Assembly (NCBI GenBank): GCA_030390025.1
Contig: CM059431.1
Location: 109,866,001-109,930,000, forward strand
DNA length: 64,000 nt
Direction of reading: 5' to 3'
Origin: Squalus acanthias
Taxonomy: Eukaryota
Shown here one piece after another: positions 1-11,410 of the stretch. Positions within the stretch are counted from its first letter, which is position 1. Each line of letters opens with the position of its first letter. Made by a program: the position numbers and the translations under genes. A model generated the notes under the pieces. That model worked only from the letters and a program-made list of their open reading frames with translations, was not told where the DNA came from and ran no database searches.

Positions 1-2
1 TG

Positions 3-3000
3 GCAGCCTCTTGGCAATCTAAGAAATGCTTCTTTTGTGGTGATGAGTTTCACCCTCGGAAATTCTGCCCTGCTCGCAATGCGTTTTGCAGTCATTGCAA
101 CAAAAAGGGTCATTTTGCAAAGGTTTGCCTATCAAGAGCCTCTACGAGGGCTTATCAAGCTAAGTCCTACCGAACTGCCCCGGTAAGGGCCTATCAAGAT
201 GTTCCGGCTAAAATCTATCGTGCTTCCTCTCGGGTTTTCTCTCGAAGAAACACACCTAGAGTTTCAGCCACTCTTTGTGCAACGACACCAATTACAGCTG
301 CTTGTCCTCAGAACCTATTCCATGCAGCTACAAAAGCATCAATTAATGGACATACTTTAGATGCCTTAATTGACTCAGGTAGCACTGATAGTTTCATTAG
401 GGAACAGATTGTTGCAGAGTTAAAGCTACATGTTTTCCCATCGGACCAGGCAATTGCGATGGCTCAGTCATCACTTAATACCAGAATTTCTGGCTTTTGT
501 ATGGTTGAAATAACACTTAATGGTCGCAGGTATCCCTCCACCCGGCTTTCGGTGCTCAAGGACTTATGTAGTGATCTTATCTTAGGGCTGGATTTTCAAA
601 AGCAGCATAAGAAACTCACCATTGAGTTCGGCGGATCCAAACCTGAACTCACTATTTCTAATATACGACCTCGATTACCGTTCTGTGCATTGTCAGCAGC
701 TTCACTGGATGAACCCTCACTGTTTACCAGTATCCCTCCTCGATGCAAACCGATTATAACAAAGTCACGACGTTTCAGTCAGGAAGACCAGTCTTTTATT
801 GCGGCTGAGATTTCTCGGCTTTTAGCAGAGGATATCATCGAGCCTTGTTCGTCGCCATGGCGCGCCCAGGTCGTTATTGTTAAGAACCCTCTACAACCTC
901 ACAAGAAACGGCTGTGCATTGACTATTCACAGACCATCAATCAATATACGGACTTGGACGCATACCCATTGCCGCGCATCGATGATATGGTTAATAAACT
1001 GGCTGAGTACACGGTGTTCTCAACATATGATCTGAAAAGTGCCTATCATCAGGTACCCTTGAAGGTCTCAGACAAGCAGTATACGGCCTTTGAAGCCAAT
1101 GGACGGCTGTATCAATTTCGTCGCCTCCCCTTTGGGGTCACTAATGGAGTGGCTGTCTTCCAGCGAGCAATGGATGACCTGGTCAAACAGGAAGACTTGA
1201 AGGATACGTTTCCTTATCTGGACAATATTACTGTCACAGGTCGCAATCAGCGGGAACATGACGCCAATCTCCAATGATTTTGGGATGCACTCCAGCACCG
1301 TAATTTGACATTAAATGCGGCTAAATCCATTGAGTCACAACCAACCATCAACATCCTTGGCTATTGTGTGGGCAATGGCATCATTAAACCTGACCCTGAA
1401 AGGCTTCGCCCACTCCAAGAGCTCCCGCCACCTAAGAATCCGGCCTCCTTGCGCCGGGCCCTCGGCCTGTTTGCATACTATGCTAAATGGATTCCTAACT
1501 TCTCGGACCGAATCCAACCTCTACTGAAGGCCAGCACATTCCCACTAGACACAGCGGCTGTTGCAGCCTTTAACCTCCTGAAAAAACAGTTGGAGAAAGC
1601 GGCTCTTCACTCCATCGATGAGAGTCTTCCTTTTGTTGTTGAGTGTGATGCCTCGGAGGTGGCGATCTCGGCCACTCTGAATCAGGAAGGTCGTCCGGTG
1701 GCATTTTTGTCCAGGACTTTTCAAGGGGCTGAGCTACATTATCCTCCAGTCGAGAAAGAAGCTACAGCCATCATAGAGGCAGTACGGAAGTGGACTCATC
1801 TCCTAGCTCGCCAGCACTTTACCTTAATCACGGACCAGCGATCGGTCGCCTTCATGCTCGATAATCGAAAACGGACCAAAATTAAAAATAATAAAATCCA
1901 GCTTTGGCGGCTGGAATTGGCCTCTTTTGGTTACACCATCCACTATCGACCTGGCAAGGAGAATGTGGCTCCGGATACCCTCACACGAGCATTCTGCTCC
2001 GCCATGGCACCCTCTACGCTCGTAGACATCCATGATGGGTTGTGTCATCCGGGCGTTACTCGCATGCTACACTTCGTGCGGTCCCGAAATCTCCCATTCT
2101 CTACCGGGGATGTAAAGAAGATGTGCTCGGACTGCAGAGTCTGTGCGGAATTGAAACCTCAGTTTTTCCGCCCCTCGGGTGGTATACTCATACATGCGAC
2201 CCAGCCAATGCAACGGCTTAGCATCGATTTTAAGGGGCCGTTGCCCTCTTCAACTCGCAACACTTATCTATTGACCATGGTCGATGAGTATTCCCGTTTT
2301 CCGTTTGCCTTTCCCTGCCCCAATATGCTGACGACCACGGTTATCAGCTGCCTTGAGCAGGTATTTGCTTTCTGTGGCATGGCATCCTATGTTCATTCGG
2401 ATCGGGGCCCTTCTTTTATGTCAGGAGAACTCAAGGCCTATCTCTCGGAACGGGGTATTGCTGCCAGCAGAACGACGCCTTATCATCCGGTCGGGAATGG
2501 GCAAGTCGAGCGTTTTAACGCTATCATCTGGAATGCGGTACGTCTGGCTTTGAGATCTCGGGGCCTACCCAACCAGCAATGGGAAGCAGTACTTCCAGAC
2601 GCATTACACTCCACACGGTCCCTCCTTTCGACCGCCACAAATACGACGCCTCATGAACGGTTCTTCCGATTTCAGCGTCGCTCATCCTATGGGATATCTC
2701 TCCCGTCGTGGCTGACTGCACCGGGACCAGTGCTACTCCGAAGATATGTCCGGGCGTCTAAGAATGACCCCCTGGTAGATGAGGTTGAGCTCACTGACGT
2801 CAACCCTACCTACGCCTATATTCGGTATCCTGACGGTCGGGAATCTACCGTGTCATTGCGGGATCTGGCTCCCTGCCCGCCGAAACATAGAGGGACACCA
2901 GGGGATGATATTGTACCAGGCACATCGCTGGGCTCGCCAGGTGCCTCTCATCACGATCTGGATCTGACGCCGGCTGGTACCTCACTCCAGCGTGCCGACC

Positions 3001-3293
3001 TGGGGCAGACTGACTATGAGCCCGTCGGGGCTCGCACGCGCAGCCACGATCCACCCCGTATCATACGCTCGGAAACGGATCTGCCACAGCCCTGCCCGAC
3101 ACCCGTTCGGGCACCAGTACACAGTCAGGATCGTCCTGACCCCTCACAGAGCGGGCTGGATCACTCGGACTCTGGTCCACGGCCCGCGGCGGGTAAACGG
3201 GCTAGGGGCCCTCTACCACTACGAGAACCCAAACGGGTGCGGCTCTCCCTCGTCCGACGGCTACGAAATGGAGGGAGCATCCCGGCCTCCTAA
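3..3293 (+). pseudogene. pol: Gypsy gag-pol polyprotein with one in-frame nonsense codon (TGA 1275-1277)
   Basis: ORFs 459-1277 and 1305-3293 are in the same frame, separated by a single TGA (probably CGA>TGA). The frame is open upstream to the window start. Confidence 0.9.
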
Positions 3294-3311
3294 TCTTTTG
3301 GGGGGGGAGAA

Positions 3312-3505
3312 TGTGGTAACACAATACAGCTTCCTGTGACTCGAACTTTATTGCATCACTTCCTGTGATTAGTCCAGGATAAATACTGGACTGAGCAGTT
3401 GGATCCTGGAGAGGCATAGAGTAAGACCTCTTTTGTATGTAGCACCTTTTTAGTTGATTAAAGCTTACTTTAAGTTCACCACGCGTAAGGCTCATTCTTA
3501 CGACA
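3312..3505 (+). repeat. Short (~194 bp) 3' LTR of the Gypsy element
   Basis: Directly follows the polypurine tract. Termini TGTGGTAA...TTACGACA are an imperfect inverted repeat. Penelope sequence resumes immediately after. Confidence 0.8.
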
Positions 3506-4998
3506 GACACGGTCGAGGGCCATGTCAACCACAGTAGAGGGGAATCCTTGGTTGAGGAAAAAGGAAGACATATCGGAAGCACTAGTATGGAAGGTGACAT
3601 CGTCAGAACAGATGTGGCGGAGACGGAGAAACTGGGAGAATGGAATAGAGTCCTTACATGAAGCGGGGTGGGAGGAAGTATAGTCCAGGTAGCTGTGGGA
3701 GTCAGTGGGCTTATAGTGGATGTTTGTCGTTAGCCTATCCCCAGAAATGGAGACAGAGAAGAGAAGGGAAGAGTCGGAGATGGACCATGTGAAGGTGAGG
3801 GAAGGGTGGAAATTGGAAGCAAAGTGAATGAAATTTTCTAGTTCAGGGCGAGAGCAGGAAATAGCACCAATATAGTCCTCAATGTACCGGAAAAAGAGGT
3901 GAGGGAGAGGACCTGAGTAGGACTGGAACAAAGAATGTTCCACATATCCCACAAAAAGGCAGGCTAGGGCCCATGCGGGTTCCCATAGCAACACCTTTAA
4001 TTTAGAGGAAGTGAGTAGAGTCAAAGGAGAAGTTGTTCAATGTGTGAATAGGTTCAGCCAGGCAGAGGAGGGTGGTGGTGGATGGGGACTGGTTGGGCCT
4101 CTGTTCAAGGAAGAAGCGGAGTGCCCTCAGGCCATCCTGGTAAGGGATGGAGGTGTAGAGGGATTGGACGAGCATAGTGAAAAGGAGACAGCTGGGGCCA
4201 GGAAACTGGAAACTGTTAAAGTGGCGGAGGGCGTCGGAAGAGTTGCGAATGTAGGTGGGAAGTGACTGGACAAGGGGAGAAAAAATTTAGTCAAAATAGG
4301 AAGAAATCAGTTCTGCGGGGCAAGAACAGGCTGAAACGATGGGTCTACCAGAGTAGCCCTGTTTGTGGATCTTGGGAAGGAGGTAGAAGCGGGCTATGCG
4401 GGGTTGGGGGTCTATGAGGTTGACAGCCATGGAGGGAAGATCTCCATTGGAGATGAGGTCAGTAACAGTCTTGGAAACAATGGCTTGATGTTTGGCAGTG
4501 AGGTCATGGTCCAGGGGGAAGTAGGAGGAGCTGTCAGAGAGTTGGCGTTCAGCCTCCGCATGGTAGAGGTCGGTTCGCCAAACAACAAAGGCACCACCCT
4601 TGTCAGCAGGTTTAATAACAATGTTCAGGTTGGATCAGAGAGAATGGAGTGCTGCAAGTTCAGAGGGAGGTAGGTTGGAGTGAGGGGAGCAGAGAAATTG
4701 AGACGGCCGATGTCACACCAGCAGTTAGCAATGAAAAGATCTAGAAAGGGTAAGAGGCCAGAGGGAGGGGTCCAGGTAGAACGAGAATTCTGAAAGCGGG
4801 AGAAAGGGACCGCTATTCGGGGGGAAGACTGGCCAAAGAAGTGGGCACATAGACGAAGGCGACGGAAAAAGAGCTCAGCATCATGCCGAGCTCGAAATTC
4901 ATTGAGCTGGGGACGTAAGGGGATGAAGCTCAAGCCTTTGCTGAGGACTGATCGTTCGGGGTCAGAGAGGGGAAGGTCAGAGGGGATAGTGAAAACAC
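3506..4998 (-). mobile_element. Penelope-like retroelement RT fragment (decayed), interrupted by the Gypsy insertion
   Basis: Minus-strand peptides FIPLRPQLNEFRARHDAELFFRRLRL, ACLFVGYVE, FRYIEDYIG (YIDD mutated), HYKPTDSHSYLDYTSSHPASCKDSIPFSQFLRLR are typical of Penelope RT/thumb. Frameshifted. Confidence 0.9.
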
Positions 4999-5303
4999 AG
5001 AATTTCCAAAGGTACCTGCACCTTGCCTCAGTTATAGAAGCATCACATTCTCACATTTTGCTTACCACTAAATTGTATATATCCAGAGAAATAAACTCCG
5101 AAGTCTATGTAGTCAAAATGTTTTATTTTCCAGCATAATATTTTGCAAATGATAACACTAGTTTCAAAGACATACCACTATTTACTATTGTGTGTACCTC
5201 TTGTACTTAAATTCTTACTAATTCATGCTCCTAACCTCTTACTTCTTTGTGATGCTCCCTGAGTAACAGGTGGTTAAGAGATGGGTGACTGTGGACCTTT
5301 GAG

Positions 5304-5402
5304 ATAACAACAGAAAACGCTGGAAAAACTCAGCAGGCCAGGCAGCATCCGTGGAGAGAGAAACAGAGTTAACGTTTCAGGTCGAAGACCTTTCGTCAGA
5401 AC
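5304..5402 (-). ncRNA. Penelope terminal-repeat fragment with minimal type I hammerhead ribozyme
   Basis: Minus strand gttCTGACGAaaggtcttcgacctGAAAcgTTaac (5368-5402) gives CUGANGA, stem II, GAAA, palindromic stem III, UH and stem I. Flanked by the direct repeat ACCTTTGAG (5295-5303, 5401-5409). Confidence 0.75.
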
Positions 5403-5490
5403 CTTTGAGGTCTGAGGTGACTCTCAACTCAGGTGAAGCTGTTGTCCCTGAGGGTCTTATTTCTGACATCCTTTCTAGACTTAATATATA

Positions 5491-5899
5491 GACTAGAGAA
5501 GTTGGGATTGTTCTCCTTAGAGCAGAGAAAGTTAAGGGGAGATTTAATAGAAGTGTTCAAAATTATGAAGGGTTTTGATTAGAGTAAATAAGGAGAAACT
5601 GTTTCCACTGGCAGGAGGGTCGGTAACAAAAGGATAATTGGCAAAAGAACCAGAGGGGAGATGAGGAGAATTTTTTTATTTGCCAAGTTGTTATGATCTG
5701 GAATGCACTGCCTGAAAGAGTGGAGGAAGCAAATTCAATAGTAACTTTCTAAAGGGAATTAGAGATTTACTTGAGAAGGATAAATTTGCAGGGTTATGGA
5801 GAAAGAGCAGGGGAGTGGGACTAATTGGATCGCTCTTTGAAAGAGCCGGCACAGGCACGATGGGCTGAATGGGCTCCTTCTGTGCTGTATGATTCTATA
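5491..5899 (+). mobile_element. CR1 LINE 3' end fragment
   Basis: LEKLGLFSLEQRKLRGDLIEVFKIMKG-like coding remnant, then the CR1 3' UTR (atgggctgaatgggctccttctgtgctgtatgattctat). Confidence 0.85.
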
Positions 5900-5906
5900 A
5901 TTTCCC

Positions 5907-6318
5907 CAATGTTCTCCTTACCAACAACATTCCCTATAAGCTGCAGGTTGCGCAGCCGCCCAGCTCTCTGCCAGTCCTGTGCAGCCTGGGACCGGCTTTT
6001 GCAATGTTAAAGTTCGCGCACCCCCCCCACCACCCCCCAAAAAAAATTACGGGGAACATTGCTTACCAGCCTCCTATCCTTCGTCCTCCATAAACATCAA
6101 CTTGTCCAAAACTCTACTGCATGTGTCCTATCCCCCACGAAGTCCCGCTTGCCCGTGGTCACCCTTGTCGCTTCTATCACGCAGCGCTCTGGAGCTCCCG
6201 CGCAGCCGGCTCACCGGCTTTTAAACGGGAAAAACCGCGCAGGCGCGGTATTTTGAATGGGCCGCGCAGCCCGTTAAAGTGGCCGCGCACCCCCCACGAA
6301 AATTTAAAGGGAACACTG
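5907..6318. mobile_element. Cluster of small non-autonomous DNA transposon (MITE) fragments
   Basis: Termini of the CA(A/G)TGTTCCC...GGGAACA(T/C)TG type at ~5907/6061 and 6318, with GC-rich palindromic interiors. Confidence 0.4.
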
Positions 6319-7927
6319 ACCCCCCCCATCCTAAAATGCATTAAGTTTAAAATGCTCACCCACATCTTTAACTGCTTCCATGGTCTTGTCTCAGTCTGCC
6401 TTTACACTCTCCGCCATCTTTTATACGGCTGCTGCAGCCCTTTAAATAATGACTGCAACGCAGAATATCCCAACCTGAATCAGCGAAATCTCGATGAATA
6501 TCTAATGAGGAGGCAGTTAGCTTGGGAATGGCCGTGCACAAGTGGAAAGAAGAGTGTGCAACTTGGGATGATGCAAAGCCCGCTGTGCGTTGTATCGGCA
6601 CCTAAGCACCACTGAGGGAAAATCCACCTTGACGTTCAAAAAGATTAATTTGCCCATTGTTGTACTGTAATGTGTTCAGAATGGAATAGCAGCCACTGAG
6701 GAATACCATCTTGTGATGAATGATCCCTCAGCCATTGTTCATCTATTTGTGTGAATTTTACATCTGTCTGTCACAGCAACATCTGTAAGAGGAAATTGAA
6801 TTGACTGGTGTCATTAGTGGCACTGATGCAGGGTGTGTGTGGTGCTGATGTCCCTTTTGTTTGTGGTTCAGTTCTTCATGTTTCATGGTTTAATTCTTTT
6901 TGTTCAATTCTCTGAGGAACTGAAACTCAAGGAGGAACATGCATTATCAGGGTACCAATGAGCTCTTCTACATAAACATGGTGAGTTTCATTAGGCTTGC
7001 CTTTAGATTCAATACTTTATATGTAGGTCAGCAGTTTTTAAAGCTGACATTTTGGTAAATGTGGTTTCATTTTTATTACTAGGATCAAATAATTGTTAAA
7101 GTAAACATGCAGTTCCGAGAAGAATTCCACCGATTGGGAGTGTTGCAGTTGGAAAAAGATTACCTGAAAGTACTTGCTTTTGGTAAAAAAAACAAACGTC
7201 CCTTTTTCAGATTGTGGGACTAAGCCTCGCTGCACATGAAAAGGAATTCTAAGAATTATTCTCTGATAAAGATCAGTTCTGGGAGCTGATATCAAGGAAA
7301 GTCCTGAACTTGCATACACAACTATTGTTACCAAATCTGCTTTACAGTATAAACAGGTGATTTGGCATCAAGATAAGTTGGTACAATTATGGAACTGCAT
7401 CCACTATAAAAAGGTTATTAGAATCAAAGGTTATTGGTACTAAGTGGGTGCTGTTCATATAATAATATTAACTGCTTAACGTCAGCTTCTGTGGTGCTTT
7501 AGTGTTCCATTAAACTCCAATTGCAAGGTTCAAATCAAGATGAAAGAGACTTGTATCAATTTAATTATCTTCTTAAAAAGGTATGACCATTCATATCAAA
7601 TCGCACAAGGACAAGAGTGAAATAAACTTTAATTCCTTTGACCTTGTGCATAACAAGCTTAACTTGCATTGGGACTTCACAATCATTGAGAAAAGATGAG
7701 AAAGACCAAAGTGCCCCTTTCCCTTCTCAGCATGATGCTGAAGTATTATGTTCAGGTTGAAATTGGCATCCATCAGGACGTGTAGCTACTGACATGAATC
7801 AACAATGAGTCCAGGTATTCCTTGTATCGTCCCAATATATGTAGGGGCCAGTAGGTCCTTGTGTTGCACCACACAGGAGTACTACCTGCATGCAGGTGGA
7901 ACTCATCTGTGTCATAGGAATTCCCCT

Positions 7928-8332
7928 AACAACAACTTGCATTTCCTTAACATAGTAAAATGTCCCAAGGTGCTCCACTGGAGCGTTATCAGACAAAATT
8001 TGACACCAAGCCATATAAAGGACAGGTGACCAAAAGCTTGGTCAAAGAGGTAGGTTTTAAGGAGCACCTTAAAGGAGGAGAGAGAGGTGGAGAGGTTTAG
8101 GGAGGGATTTCCACAGCTTAGGGCCTAGGCAGCTGAAGGCACGGCCACCAATGGTGGAGCGAAGGAAATCGGGGATGCGCAAGAGGTTAGAATTGGAAGA
8201 GCTCAGAGAACTTGGATGGTTATAGGGCTGGAGGAGGTTACAGAGATGGGGATGGTGAGGCCGTGGAGGGATTTGAGCACAAGGATGAGAATTTTAAAAT
8301 CGAAGTGTTGCCGAACTGGGAACCAATGTAGT
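7928..8332 (-). mobile_element. L2 LINE 3' end
   Basis: (AAC)n tail plus gaccaaaagcttggtcaaagaggtaggttttaagg, same family as 15317-16168. Confidence 0.85.
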
Positions 8333-8333
8333 G

Positions 8334-8530
8334 ACTCAGGCTAGTGGGTGAAGTGCTGAATAAGAGGATAGTTTTGTCCTGGATGGTATTTCTTTTAATA
8401 CCCTGGGATGGAACCCGCCAGGTTCTGGAGATTTGCTTATCTTAAGTCCCATGTGCGCTCACTTGATTCAGACGTTTCCAATGGGCTATATACAAATTGT
8501 ATTATCCTGGACTTTCCCCAACTTAATTAA
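8334..8530 (-). mobile_element. Chimeric CR1/LINE fragment (inverted relative to 10760-11045)
   Basis: Reverse complement matches 10928-11045, including the junction between the two LINE types. Confidence 0.65.
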
Positions 8531-8939
8531 TCCTCTGAGGGAGGTGAATAACTACTGGTAAAACTTTGAGGCAGTCAAACTAAAACTCCAGAAGAGCCAA
8601 AGACATTGGAAGTTACATTATTCAGCTCTGGCCACAGAACCATAGAGCTTTACATCACAGGAGGAGGATAATTAACCCATTATGTCTGTGCTGGCTCTTT
8701 TGCTAAAGCAATCCAAAACTAATCCCACTGCCCTGTTTTCTCCCCATCGCCCTTCAAAAGTCTTTTTTAAAACTCTATCAAATCTCCTCTTAGTCTTCTC
8801 TGCTCCAATGGAAATGGCCACTCTACCACCTGCCTCTGCTCATAATTATAGTTTCTCCTCTGGTATCATTCTGGTGAATCTATGTTGTGTGGTTTCTATG
8901 ACATTCATTACCCATTGAAGACAGATGCAGGCGAGACTG

Positions 8940-10751
8940 TGTAGGCTTCGCAAAATTCCCCAGAAACTCGAATAGAACCCTAAAGGGGGTGAGTTTTGGA
9001 TCTTAACACGAATTTGGATTGATAGGACCTAAATGAAGGAATTTGAGGTCAAAACCTCAGTTTTGGACATTTTTAAGGATCAGGGAAGAAAAACCCTGAG
9101 GAAAATGACTTTGGATAATACTATACCTTTAAAAGGGCCATTGGGAAAACCTGCAGTCACAGAAACAAGACAGGCTGCGGGGAAAGGGTGTGGTGAGGCA
9201 GTGGACAGCTTTTGGATATTGGGACCAAGCCAAGCTGTCTGGGAGATGTTTGCACTGCAATCCAACCAAGGAGGAAGAGCCTCACCCAAAACCTCACAAA
9301 CACATCCAAAAAAATGAATAAACCAAGACCCCTTTTGAAATCCCCAGGTCCAAACAGAATGCTGGAAGTCTGAAAACAATTCCTAACAATAAAACTTCCA
9401 GCACACAGCTTCACAACCCATCATCCCATCAAAAACCAATTAGCCAAGTATCTACAGGAACAGACTTAACGAGCCCACCAAAAACCTAAGACAAAAGGAG
9501 CAAGATTTGGCGCGTAGATAAAGGCCCTGTCTAAATGGGAGACATCGGAAGCCATCAGGACAAGTTAACATAAAGTTAAAGTCATCAGACTTAATGAGCC
9601 CGCCAAAACCTAAGACAATAGAATAAACAGGCCTCAACTGAAACCTAAATCACTTCAACACGAAACCGATTTAGTAAAGTGGTTTTGGCGCGAAAAACAC
9701 AATAGGCCTGAACAGTATAATTGAGGGCCTAATCCCCCAAGAAGCGGAGAGTTACACAAACGGGTCTACACACACGACACAAGCAGGAGGAGAGACAAGC
9801 AGCCAGGCCACGAGGCAGGCAGACCCGAGGCGAGATCAGAGGCAGGGACAGACAAGACCAGGCAAGGGCTGGAACTGAGACCACGAGCTGGGAGCGAGTC
9901 GGCATCGCTCAACATACGGTCCAGCTCTAGCAGACACTAGCAAAGGTCATTGGAAGCTGGGAGTGAGTCGGCATCACTCAACACACGGTCCAGCTCCAGG
10001 AGGTACCGCCCCGACAGGCCTCCAACGCAACGAACCAACAACAAGAGCCGCCAAGGGCTCCACGAGGCAAACCGACACTTGAAAGTACCGCGGAAACCAA
10101 GGCCCCGCGCAGCAACCAATCACCTGGCGACACCGAAAGACCAACACCAGGAAAACCCGAAGACACGCAAGTTTCTACGCTACAAACTATTCCTGACTTA
10201 CCCCAGGGTAAGACTTTCCCTTAAAAAACTCTAAACCCTACCTCTAAGGAAGAAAATCGGGTACTCACCTGATACATCCAATACGCACCTTACTGCATCG
10301 GCGGACAGACCCAAACTGACCTGGAGTGCAGCTGAAGTCTTCCACCACGTCCGGGGTACGGCAGGCGCCAACAACCAAAACCTCAGTGAACCCCGAAATC
10401 GCGAAATACCTCAACTGTCAAGAACTGTCAATTGGTGAGCATTATCCCTGATCCTCTGGAATTAAACCTAGCTAGGCAATGGGATTGGGAGGGATAAGGG
10501 GTTTTGTATATTGTAATTCTCCCTCGCCTGTACCGTGTGTTCCCCAACCTGTGTTTAAGCATTAAGTGTGTTTTAAGTTTGTTACCTTTTCTTTAATAAA
10601 AGTCAAAACTCTTTCATCAAAACCTGTTGTCTACTGCATCTTTGTTCACAACCCCCAAATAAGTCCAAGGTCTAGAACCAGGGGCGTGGGAGTGATTCGA
10701 ACTGCTCACTGAGTCAGAGGTGAAGCTGACCCTACCACACCACCCCCTACA
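8940..10751 (+). mobile_element. Solo LTR (~1.8 kb), related to the LTRs of the 18975-31754 provirus
   Basis: TGTAGG...CCTACA termini and 4-bp TSD ACTG (8936-8939, 10752-10755). TATAAT ~9716, GTGAGC donor 10435, AATAAA 10595. Extensive similarity to 40912-42565. Confidence 0.9.
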
Positions 10752-10759
10752 ACTGTAAT

Positions 10760-10992
10760 GGACAATAAGGAAATGGCAGACTTGTTAAATTAATATTTTT
10801 TATCTGTCTTCAGAGTAGAGGACAAGGACAAAATACCAGTGGTACAAGGCGATCTAAAAATAAGTCAAAGGGAGGAACTTGTTGGATTTAATATGTTAAA
10901 AAAAAAAATAGTAATGGAGAAAATAATTGGACTTAAGATAGACAAATCTCCAGAACCTGATGGTTTCCATCCCAAGGTATTAAAATAAATAC
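10760..10992 (+). mobile_element. CR1 LINE internal fragment
   Basis: Remnant DNKEMADLLN.YF.SVF...GLKIDKSPEPDGFHPKVLK, typical of CR1 ORF2. Confidence 0.8.
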
Positions 10993-11410
10993 CATCCAGG
11001 ACAAAACAATCCTCTTATTCAGCACTCCACTCACTAGCCTAAACATCCACCCCTTCCACCACCGGTGTACCGTAGCAGCAGTGTGTACTATCCACGGATG
11101 CACTGCAGCAAGTCGCCAAGGCTGCTTCGGCAGCGCCTCCTGAACTCGTGACCTCCACCACTCAGAAGGACAAGGGCAGCGGGCGCATGGGAATACCACC
11201 ACCTCCAAGTTCCCTTCCAAGTCACACACCATCATTGCTGGGTCAAAATCCCAGATCTCCCTACCGAACAGCGCTGGGGAAACGCATTTACCACACAGAC
11301 TACAGCGACTCAAGAAGGGTCACCACCACCTTCTCAAGGACAACTGGGGATGGGCAAAAAATGCTGGCCTTGCCAGTGCCGCCCACATCCCAAGAATGAA
11401 TATAAAAAAT
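10993..11410 (+). mobile_element. 3' end of a CR1/Jockey-group (Zenon-like) LINE
   Basis: Same family as 58783-60122: accatccaggacaaa...gatgggcaaaaaatgctggccttgccagtgccgcccacatcccaagaatgaa plus A tail. Confidence 0.85.

Larger units (their letters stand above)
1..3505 (+). mobile_element. Ty3/Gypsy LTR retrotransposon, 5' end outside window (gag end, pol, PPT, 3' LTR)
   Basis: Frame 3 from base 3 reads two zinc knuckles (CFFCGDEFHPRKFC, CSHCNKKGHFAKVC), then protease LIDSGS (~360-390), RT (LPFG..YLDN), RNase H (VECDAS), integrase (HHCC, SIDF..SDRG..GQVER). Order PR-RT-RH-IN is Gypsy. G-rich PPT at ~3297-3311 precedes a TG..CA LTR. Confidence 0.95.

Noticed and set aside
6900..7362. Possible host exons (donor at ~6980, acceptor at ~7210)
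   Set aside because: Stops in all three frames after the acceptor. Cannot be supported without transcript data.
10681..10712. tRNA gene suggested by the TTCGAAC T-loop-like motif
   Set aside because: No cloverleaf or A-box. It is the LTR U5 hairpin.
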